A stretch of DNA of 64,000 nucleotides from an uncultured Gammaproteobacteria bacterium (GTDB taxonomy: Bacteria; Patescibacteriota; Patescibacteriia; UBA9934; GWF2-40-263), in NCBI GenBank assembly GCA_964402425.1, contig CAYOCD010000005.1:6064-70063 (forward strand), written 5' to 3'. Both the position numbers and the translations under genes were made by a program. The notes under the pieces are model-generated. The model searched no databases, was not told where the DNA came from, and saw nothing but the letters and a program-made list of their open reading frames with translations. This document shows, piece after piece, positions 48,440 to 56,707 of the stretch (positions are counted from its first letter, which is position 1; every line of letters starts with the position of its first letter).

Positions 48440-51400
48440 GTGTGCCAAAAACGCTTATCCATTATTTCGAACATTGTTTCAATCGCGGTCATTTTGACGG
48501 CGCTTGTGACGGCTGTTCGAGTGGATGCAGCAACCGTGACGAGTGCAAATGATTATGTTTCAACGCTTGTAGCGTCGGAACTCGCAAATCATGAGGTGCT
48601 CTTTACAACTCCATCAGGAATTTCAGAGGGTCAAACAGTGACGCTTACGTTTGGTTCCGGATTCACCACAACTTCTATTACAGAAGATGATGTAGATGTT
48701 GCGGATGATTCCACTGAACTTACAACAGCGGCAACTTGTGCGGGTTCTGAACAAGCTTCTGTTGCGATTGCTTCGAATATCATGACACTCACAATTTGTG
48801 CAGGTGATGGTGGTGCCATTGCAGCGACAAGTGCTGTGCGTGTTCGTATTGGAACGAATGCAACAAGTTCTGGAATAGGAATGAATCGCATGACAAATCC
48901 ATCAAGCGCAAAAAATCATTTTGTGACGATTGGTGGAACATTTGGAGATGCAGGTTCGATTGCTTTACCTGTTCAATCAAGCTCAAGTGCTGTAAGTGTG
49001 ACGGCAACGATTCCATCTGTGGGAATTTCTGCTCCAAGCGGAAATGGATGTACAGAAAACTGCAATTTTGTGAATCAACAAGATGCGACTCCGCCTGTAA
49101 TAAGTGCGGTTGTTGTTTCTGGTATGACATTAAACGGAGCAACTATTTCTTGGACAACAGATGAAAATGCAAATTCGCGCGTAAATTATGGTTTGACGAA
49201 TGAATTTGAATTGGGTTTTGTTCTTGATGCATCTCTTGTTAAAAGCCACACCGTTTCCCTTACGGGTTTGCAAGAAGGTAAGATGTACTATTTTCAAGTG
49301 AAGTCTGCGGATCAGTCGAATAACATTGCGACGTATTCGACGACCACTTTCAATACACTTGATCCAACAGCACCAGTTCTTTCCAATGTTGTTGTGACGA
49401 ACATCACACAATCTTCTGCAACGATCAGCTGGAACACAAATGAGAACACGACAAGTGTTCTTGATTATGGGCTTACAGCAAGTTATGGAACGAATTTAAT
49501 GAGTGCCGCGTTTACCCAAAATCACTCATTTCATCTTTCTGGATTACAAAGCGGAATGACATATCATTTCCGTGTGAAATCGCAAGATGCTTCTGCAAAC
49601 ATAACAACATCGACAAATCAATCGTTTGCAACGCTTGCAAATTTGGCACCAACAAACGTTGCAGCCCTCACGATTCTTCCAGGGGACAAAAAATTGACAC
49701 TTGTATGGTCAAATCCAACCGATGTGGATTTTGCTGGTGTTCGTGTTTTGCGATGTGGTTCTGGATTTCCTAGTGGTCCGACAGATATTTCCTGTTCGGT
49801 TGTTTTAGATAACAGTTTCACTCAAACACTTGTTCAAACAGGTCTCACAAACGAGACAACATATTATTATGGCGTCTTTTCAAAAGATACTACTTTGCAA
49901 TTCGCTTCTGGTGCTCTTGCTTCGGGCAAACCAAGCGCTCCAGAAATAGAGGTGCTAAGTACGTGTGGAGATTTGGTCTGTAGCGCAACAGAATCAAGCT
50001 CTTCATGTCCTGCCGATTGTTCAGTGCCTTCTCAAGGCCCTGTCTGCGGCGATGCTATTTGTGCAGGTTCCGAAACAACCACAACATGTTCGGTCGATTG
50101 TGCGGTCCAAACGCCATCGAAAACACAAACTTCTGAAACCATCGGGAGCACATGTGGAAATGGAGTGTGTAATGATTCGGAGTCAACGTTTACGTGTGCA
50201 GCTGATTGCAAGGTAACTGTACCAACAGAGTCAACAACTCCCGGGTCAGGAGTTGGAACACTTCGTTATACAGATGTGCAATTCTCTGTCGGAAACGGAG
50301 CTGTACAATTATCAAACACCAATGGTTACATAGATGTTTTGCCTCGCACACCATTGTCCGTGCGTGTGCCGGCAACAAATATTGGAATTGGTATCGATCA
50401 CGTTCGTCTTGCGATTGGTGCCGAAACGTTCATTCTGCGTCCTGTAACACGGATGAGTGCTTCATCCTTATCGGCGTCTCTTATCGTCGCCGCGTCTACA
50501 GATGACGTATCCGTTCTTTTTTACGAAGCAGATGTCTTAACACCGAGCGCATTATCGCTCAATCCTGTGACGATTTTCGTAGAGTATGAAAATGGTCAAA
50601 CGATCAACGCTTCTTCGTTTCTGCGTGTTGTCGCTCCGGGCGTCACGCATGAAATCATCGATGGAGAAGAAGCTGTCGTCGCGGGAACAACAGTAACGTT
50701 GTACCAAGTTGTCGGAACTTCTGGTTCTGTATGGGATGGGTCACCCTACAGTGCACAAAATCCAACAACAGCAACAACAAACGGATTGTTTGCGTGGTAT
50801 GTTCCAAATGGGCTTTATCGTGTCCGTGCAGAACAGGCTTTGTATGATTCAGTCGACACACCTGTGCTCGATGTGAAAAACAACATCGTCAATCCACGCA
50901 TCTTGATGACACCTCTTGTTCAAGTTGAGGAAACCCCTCTGCAAACGGCGACGGAAGCCGTGCTTGCAGCGGTCGTCAGTCAAGAAACGGTGAAACAAGT
51001 CACTATAGCAATTCAAAAAATTACAGAATCAAAACCAGTTCAAGCTGTTACCGAACAATTGGAAACAATCCGAGAAATCCCTGCTGTTCAGACAGCAGTA
51101 GACGCCTCGGTTCCAACACTGATCGTCTCTGCTGGAACAAGTGTGGTTGTGATGTCGATCGCGTTCGATTTTCTCCCGTTTGTTCAATATCTTTTTACAG
51201 CGCCTGTTCTCTTTTTAGGGCGAAGCAAACGAAAAGGATTCGGAGTGATTTATAACGCAATCAGTAAAGAGCCAATTGGCCTGGCTGTTGTGCGTCTTTA
51301 TCAGGTAAAAGATGAGCAAGAGCGAATAGGTAAATTGGTAAAAAGTCGTGTGACAGACAAAGGTGGACGATTTTATTTCTTGGTTCAACCAGGAACGTAT

Positions 51401-52030
51401 CGTTTGATGGTCACAAAAGCCGGGTTTCAGTTCCCGACTCAACATCTCACAGCCAAAAAAGAGGATGTTCAATTCACAGACTTGTACCACGGAGAATTGT
51501 TACGCGTGACAGAAGCCGATGCGGTTATTACCCCTAATATTCCGATCGATCCTTCCGTGACAGCGAAATACCAAGAGCCTAAGAATATCAAATGGCATGC
51601 GCGTTTACGCGTGATTCAGCACTCAATCGCCTTTTCCGGCGTCTTACTTTCCTTTGTTTTTGCCATTATCCGACCGAACGTGCTTGCGGCCGCGATGGTG
51701 CTTCTCCAAATTGGAATCTATTTATTTGTGCAACGACTCGCAAAACCTCGCAAACCAAAATCTTGGGGGATTGTTTATGACAAGAAGACCGGACGCCCCG
51801 TTTCAAACGTGGTTGCTCGTATCTTCGAGCCTAAATATAACAAGCTTCTTGAAACACAAGTTACCGACAGCAAAGGACGATACTCCTTCCTTCTCGGGCC
51901 GGCTGAGTACTATGCCGTGTTTGAAAAGGAAGGGTATCGATCCACTCAAGTGAGTCCAATCGATTTCTCAAAAGATAAAGAGGCAAAAGATTTCTCCATG
52001 GATATTCGTTTGTTAACCAAAGAGACATAA
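48440..52030 (+). CDS. giant surface protein 1 (roughly 1196 aa): signal peptide, FN3-like domains, three Cys-rich repeats, carboxypeptidase-regulatory-like domains and C-terminal TM helices
   Basis: GTG start 1 nt after the upstream stop gives the signal peptide MCQKRLSIISNIVSIAVILTALVTAVRVDA. FN3-like ...ATISWTTDENANSRVNYGLT... twice. Repeats CGDLVCSATESSSSCPADC / CGDAICAGSETTTTCSVDC / CGNGVCNDSESTFTCAADC. ...GRFYFLVQPGTYRLMVTKAGFQ... and ...GRYSFLLGPAEYYAVFEKEGYRS...; hydrophobic helices near the C-terminus. Confidence 0.7.
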   Translation: MCQKRLSIISNIVSIAVILTALVTAVRVDAATVTSANDYVSTLVASELANHEVLFTTPSGISEGQTVTLTFGSGFTTTSITEDDVDVADDSTELTTAATCAGSEQASVAIASNIMTLTICAGDGGAIAATSAVRVRIGTNATSSGIGMNRMTNPSSAKNHFVTIGGTFGDAGSIALPVQSSSSAVSVTATIPSVGISAPSGNGCTENCNFVNQQDATPPVISAVVVSGMTLNGATISWTTDENANSRVNYGLTNEFELGFVLDASLVKSHTVSLTGLQEGKMYYFQVKSADQSNNIATYSTTTFNTLDPTAPVLSNVVVTNITQSSATISWNTNENTTSVLDYGLTASYGTNLMSAAFTQNHSFHLSGLQSGMTYHFRVKSQDASANITTSTNQSFATLANLAPTNVAALTILPGDKKLTLVWSNPTDVDFAGVRVLRCGSGFPSGPTDISCSVVLDNSFTQTLVQTGLTNETTYYYGVFSKDTTLQFASGALASGKPSAPEIEVLSTCGDLVCSATESSSSCPADCSVPSQGPVCGDAICAGSETTTTCSVDCAVQTPSKTQTSETIGSTCGNGVCNDSESTFTCAADCKVTVPTESTTPGSGVGTLRYTDVQFSVGNGAVQLSNTNGYIDVLPRTPLSVRVPATNIGIGIDHVRLAIGAETFILRPVTRMSASSLSASLIVAASTDDVSVLFYEADVLTPSALSLNPVTIFVEYENGQTINASSFLRVVAPGVTHEIIDGEEAVVAGTTVTLYQVVGTSGSVWDGSPYSAQNPTTATTNGLFAWYVPNGLYRVRAEQALYDSVDTPVLDVKNNIVNPRILMTPLVQVEETPLQTATEAVLAAVVSQETVKQVTIAIQKITESKPVQAVTEQLETIREIPAVQTAVDASVPTLIVSAGTSVVVMSIAFDFLPFVQYLFTAPVLFLGRSKRKGFGVIYNAISKEPIGLAVVRLYQVKDEQERIGKLVKSRVTDKGGRFYFLVQPGTYRLMVTKAGFQFPTQHLTAKKEDVQFTDLYHGELLRVTEADAVITPNIPIDPSVTAKYQEPKNIKWHARLRVIQHSIAFSGVLLSFVFAIIRPNVLAAAMVLLQIGIYLFVQRLAKPRKPKSWGIVYDKKTGRPVSNVVARIFEPKYNKLLETQVTDSKGRYSFLLGPAEYYAVFEKEGYRSTQVSPIDFSKDKEAKDFSMDIRLLTKET

Positions 52031-52042
52031 TTAAACGGAGGT

Positions 52043-55000
52043 ATGTTTACGCAATGGCGAAAACAATTTGTTTCAACACTCCTTGTCGTCACTTTTTTTG
52101 TGGCGATGATTAGTGTTGCACAAGCGGCAATCGCACCTCCGAATATTTTGAGTTATCAAGGGCGATTATTAAACTCAAATGGTGTTCCGGTGACAAGTTC
52201 AACGGCTTCCATTAAGTTTAAATTATACGATTCCGCATCTGGCGGAACGTGTTTGTGGTCAAACTCGAGTTCAACCTGTGCGACGGAAACCGCTCATACA
52301 GTGACATTGAGTTCGGGTTTGTTCAGTGAAAATTTAGGTGATACGGCTGCAAGTTATGCAGCCATCCCAAGTACGGTTTTTGCAGACAATGCAGCTGTAT
52401 ATCTTGGAATTACAATTGGTTCTGATTCAGAAATGTCGCCACGCAAACGCATGACAGCTGCACCTTATGCGTTGAATGCACAAACATTAGATGGTTTGGA
52501 TTCTACAAGTTTTATGCAAACGGGGGTTGCTATTTCTGGAGCATCACCATTTGTTTTTGAAGGTGCGATCGATGACGCATTTGAAACAACGTTTGCCATT
52601 ACAAATCCAACAGCAGGAAATACAATCACGTTTAAAAATGGTTCTGGAACAGTTGCTTTTTTATCAGACATTACAAATATATCAGCGGATTCGTTGAATT
52701 TTACAGATTTTGCGGATGCATTAACGCTTGATGCTGCTACGACAATTTCAGGAAACATACTTTCATTAAATGAAAACTCAAATTTTGCTGTAAACATTAA
52801 TACGGGTACATCAAGTGGAGCTCTAACGTTAGGTGGAGGGTCAGGAACTGTTGCCATTAATTCTTCTGATTGGGATATTGATGCAACAGGGGTGATGACA
52901 GGTATAGGCAACACAACAATTGATGGAAAAATTTCCGTGAACCCAGCTCTTATCAGTTTACCGGTTCAAGATGGATCAACATCTACTCAATGGGGGGCTC
53001 TTTTTGGTGAATCTGCATCTACAGTTACATATACGGGCGGACAAGCTTCAGAATCCTTGTTCATGTTTAACGGTTTTGCTCAGCCAACACTTGAGTCATC
53101 GGTGACAACAGCATTTACAAATGCGGCAACGATGTATATTGCAAACGCACCAGTCGCAGGAACAAATACGACCATTTTAAATCCGTATGCCCTTGTTGTC
53201 GCGGCAGGGAATACAAAACTCGGAGGTGATTTGGCATTAAATGGTGGAAACATGACCACCTCTTCTTCAACATTTAATTTGATCGATAGCGTTACAACAT
53301 TAAGCATTGGAGCTTCGGCAACAGAAATAGATATCGCAAATAATAACGGACTCGGACACACAATTAAGATTGGAGGAAATACAGACACAAACTTGATCCG
53401 AATCGGTTCCTCTGCGGAAGATGGGGGAAACACAGCTGCAGACACAATTAGAATTGCAACAGGATCAGGAGGGGCAGACACAATCCAAATTGGTAACAGT
53501 AATGCTTCTACCCTCTTGTCTCTTACAGGAGGTGATGATTGGTCCATCACTTCTGCCGGAGTTCTTACGGTTGCATCCTGTTCTGGTTGTTCCGGGGGTG
53601 GATTTGTAGATGGAAATGTTACATCTCCTTCGATTGCTTTTTCAGCAGACGCAAGCGCAGATACAGGGTTTTACCGTATTGGTGAAAACAATATTGGTGT
53701 TGCAACAAATGGAGTAAAAGTTGTTGATATCGGAGCAACAACAATTGATCTTGGTGCAACCACCGCAACAACTCTTCATCTTGGTGCGGGTGGTGCAATC
53801 GCACGCGCAATTAATATTGGTACAGGAACAGGTGCTGACACGATCACTATTGGAGGCGGAACAACAGGCGCAGACACAATCCATATTGGAAATAACCTCA
53901 CCAACCTCTCCTCGATCGTCATTGGTGGAACGGGATTTACGACAAATTCTATTGCAATTGGAGCAGACCTTTGGAAAATTTCTGCAGATGGCGTAGCATC
54001 TTTTGATTCAATTGCTTCAACATCAACCAGTGCGACGGTTTCACTTTTTACAACCCTTGCTGCAGGGGGTGTCTTAGATTTTGCTGATGCAACTCCAACA
54101 TTGAATATTCAAAAAGGAGCTGGGTCACATACATTAAATATTGGTGGTACAGGAGCCGATACAATTTCCATCGCAACAAACAACACAACTTCTGATACTG
54201 TATTCATTGGAAATACGGCCTTAGTAACAAATGTCTCTTTGACGGGAGGAAGTGCGGGTGGAGTTTTTATTAATGATTTTGCTGGAACAACAAAAACATA
54301 TATTGGTGGAAATGGGGGATTTGACGGAACAGATACTGTGCAAATCTCAACAGACGCAACATCTGCAGACACCTTAACATTCGGAAATGCAAACACAGGA
54401 ACAACACTTGCGTTAACAGGAGGTAATGATTGGAGTATTACAACCGCAGGCGCGTTATCTATTGGAGTTGGGGGAAAATTTACAGTCGCTGCAACAGGAA
54501 TTGCCGCCGCTAATTTAAATGCAACCGCAACAACAAACGGTTTGTGTCACAGTGGGGCAAACGTTGATGCGGCAACAGATACAACACGCGATCTTGTTGC
54601 TTGTAGCGGTGCGCCGGGTGACTATGCGGAGTGGCATGAAACGGACGGAACTGTTCAAAGCGGTGACATTGTTGCGGTAACAGGCGGAACATTTACATAT
54701 AGCGCATCAGAGAGCGATGCATTTACAGGAGAAATTTTGCCAGAAAAAACACAAAAGACCCTTCCTATTTTGACCGCAGCAACATCAAACCAAAGCGAAG
54801 ATGTTCTTGGAGTTGTTTCCACATCTCCAAACCAAACCATCGGATCGGATGTGCGCGATCAAGGTGCACACCCACAACCAATTGCTCTTGTTGGGCGTGT
54901 TCCTGTGAATGTGACAAATGAAAATGGTTCGATTCAAGTTGGTGATTACATTACAACATCTTCTGTTCCTGGAAAAGGAATGAAAGCAACGCTTGCCGGG

Positions 55001-56614
55001 CGTGTTATCGGTATTGCTCTTACAGGAATGAGTGGTGCAAGCGGACAGGTCACTGTGCAGGTAACAAACTCTTGGTATTTTGGAGCCCTCATTGGAAATG
55101 ACGGAACATCCACATTACTTACAGATACGGTTGTTGTTGCTCCTCTCCAAAATGCTTCAGCCTCCACACAAACATTTGATTCCTATGGCCTCGCTCTTCG
55201 CGGATCGGCTTGGGATGGAAATCAAGCACAAGCTGTTTCCATGATGTTTAAAAATAAAGTAACAGACGGAACAAATTATCGACTGTCTGTTCGTAACACA
55301 ACAGACAGTGAGGTTGCCTACATCACAAATACAGGAACCATGCAGGTTGCAGGAGATATGGTTGTTGGTGGAAAGATTTATCCATCAAACTTGGGTGGAA
55401 TTCAAACAGACAAATATATCTATTATGACGGTTCTACAGGACCAGGCGGAGACTTCATGCGAACAAACGCAAGTGGATGGTCAACGGGATCTTATGACTT
55501 TGCCGAAATGTTCCCATCAAGCGATTCGCTTGTTCCGGGTGATGTGGTTGTATTCTCATCGACAAACATTCACGTAAAACGATCAACAAAGAAAGACGAG
55601 AAATCGATCGCGGGTATCGTTTCCACACGTCCAGGATTCCTTGCAGGTGAAAATACGCCAGGATCTTATCCTATCGCTCTTGCGGGTCGTGTGCCAACAA
55701 ACGTAAACAATGAAAATGGTTCCATTGCTGTTGGTGATCCGCTTACAACATCTAGCGCATCTGGTGTTGCCATGAAGGCAACGGAGCCAGGCCCAATCGT
55801 TGGGTATGCTCTTGAACCATTCGATGGAACAAATGGATCCATTACCGTTTTTGTCAGTGCAGGATATTGGGGAGGGGACGCAACAAGTTCTACACCTGGT
55901 GCGGATAATCGAGCGTCGCTGTTTGGATCTTCGCATAGCGAATCGATGACCATGCTCTCCATGAGTGGAAATATCAACATGAACGGAAATGAGATTTCAA
56001 ATATTGGACGCATGGCCGGCCTCTCAAATTCATGGAGTATTGAAGTGGATGGAACAATCAAAACAGAAGCATTGTTGAAGACGGTGATTGTCGGACAAAA
56101 TAATCAAAAAGTTGAGACGATCGCCACAACATCACCAGAAGCTATCATTACACTTTCTGGGTCATCTACCTTAAAGGACGGAATGGTGGAAGTTCGATTC
56201 GTAGATGTGAACAAAGATTTTGGAAACGTGATTTCAGCTATTGCTCCGATTCGTGTGGTTGCAACACCAAATGGTCCAGTCTCTTTGTATGTCTCTGAAA
56301 AAGATCAAAATCACTTTGTCGTAAAGAGTTTTGGCGGAAATGCATCGGATGTTGAGTTCGATTGGGTGGTTACAGGATACAGAAAAGGATTTGAACCAAA
56401 AGAGACAACAAATGCACAAGCATCTGTTGCTGCAGAGTCTTTCTCTGAGTCGAATTTGATCCAGAGCTCTGAGCAAGAAACAACAAGCGTTGTTTCCGAA
56501 ACAAATACGGTAGAACTTTCAGATGTTTCAGCATCCTCGCCGAGTGCGAGCACAACAACTGTCGATCCTTCCGTGATAAACGTCGATGCACTCGCGCCGA
56601 CGCTTTCACCTTGA
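52043..56614 (+). CDS. giant surface protein 2 (1523 aa): secreted fibrous/tail-fibre-like repeat protein
   Basis: Signal peptide ...FFVAMISVAQA; N-terminal ...ILSYQGRLLNSNGVPV...FKLYDSASGG..LWS...LNAQTLDGLDSTSF...; Gly/Thr/Ala-rich beta-helix-like repeats (...LSLTGGDDWSITSAGVLTV... / ...LALTGGNDWSITTAGALSI...); duplicated C-terminal module D[YF]AE[WM]...GD[IV]V...IALxGRVPxNVxNENGSIxVGD...MKAT. Confidence 0.7.
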   Translation: MFTQWRKQFVSTLLVVTFFVAMISVAQAAIAPPNILSYQGRLLNSNGVPVTSSTASIKFKLYDSASGGTCLWSNSSSTCATETAHTVTLSSGLFSENLGDTAASYAAIPSTVFADNAAVYLGITIGSDSEMSPRKRMTAAPYALNAQTLDGLDSTSFMQTGVAISGASPFVFEGAIDDAFETTFAITNPTAGNTITFKNGSGTVAFLSDITNISADSLNFTDFADALTLDAATTISGNILSLNENSNFAVNINTGTSSGALTLGGGSGTVAINSSDWDIDATGVMTGIGNTTIDGKISVNPALISLPVQDGSTSTQWGALFGESASTVTYTGGQASESLFMFNGFAQPTLESSVTTAFTNAATMYIANAPVAGTNTTILNPYALVVAAGNTKLGGDLALNGGNMTTSSSTFNLIDSVTTLSIGASATEIDIANNNGLGHTIKIGGNTDTNLIRIGSSAEDGGNTAADTIRIATGSGGADTIQIGNSNASTLLSLTGGDDWSITSAGVLTVASCSGCSGGGFVDGNVTSPSIAFSADASADTGFYRIGENNIGVATNGVKVVDIGATTIDLGATTATTLHLGAGGAIARAINIGTGTGADTITIGGGTTGADTIHIGNNLTNLSSIVIGGTGFTTNSIAIGADLWKISADGVASFDSIASTSTSATVSLFTTLAAGGVLDFADATPTLNIQKGAGSHTLNIGGTGADTISIATNNTTSDTVFIGNTALVTNVSLTGGSAGGVFINDFAGTTKTYIGGNGGFDGTDTVQISTDATSADTLTFGNANTGTTLALTGGNDWSITTAGALSIGVGGKFTVAATGIAAANLNATATTNGLCHSGANVDAATDTTRDLVACSGAPGDYAEWHETDGTVQSGDIVAVTGGTFTYSASESDAFTGEILPEKTQKTLPILTAATSNQSEDVLGVVSTSPNQTIGSDVRDQGAHPQPIALVGRVPVNVTNENGSIQVGDYITTSSVPGKGMKATLAGRVIGIALTGMSGASGQVTVQVTNSWYFGALIGNDGTSTLLTDTVVVAPLQNASASTQTFDSYGLALRGSAWDGNQAQAVSMMFKNKVTDGTNYRLSVRNTTDSEVAYITNTGTMQVAGDMVVGGKIYPSNLGGIQTDKYIYYDGSTGPGGDFMRTNASGWSTGSYDFAEMFPSSDSLVPGDVVVFSSTNIHVKRSTKKDEKSIAGIVSTRPGFLAGENTPGSYPIALAGRVPTNVNNENGSIAVGDPLTTSSASGVAMKATEPGPIVGYALEPFDGTNGSITVFVSAGYWGGDATSSTPGADNRASLFGSSHSESMTMLSMSGNINMNGNEISNIGRMAGLSNSWSIEVDGTIKTEALLKTVIVGQNNQKVETIATTSPEAIITLSGSSTLKDGMVEVRFVDVNKDFGNVISAIAPIRVVATPNGPVSLYVSEKDQNHFVVKSFGGNASDVEFDWVVTGYRKGFEPKETTNAQASVAAESFSESNLIQSSEQETTSVVSETNTVELSDVSASSPSASTTTVDPSVINVDALAPTLSP

Positions 56615-56657
56615 AGTGTCGTGTTCTTTCTGTGTCCACAATTTCATAACAAAAAAT

Positions 56658-56685
56658 ACACGCTCCCCACGCGTGTGTTTTTTGT
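56658..56685 (+). terminator. terminator closing the surface operon
   Basis: ACACGC-TCCCCAC-GCGTGT followed by GTTTTTTGTT. Confidence 0.6.
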
Positions 56686-56707
56686 TCTGTATCGCTCGTG
56701 TTAAAAT

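Noticed and set aside
52043-56614. Prophage tail module
   Set aside because: No capsid, terminase, portal, baseplate or lysis genes anywhere in the window; the neighbours are surface and membrane proteins in an operon with cellular promoter signals.
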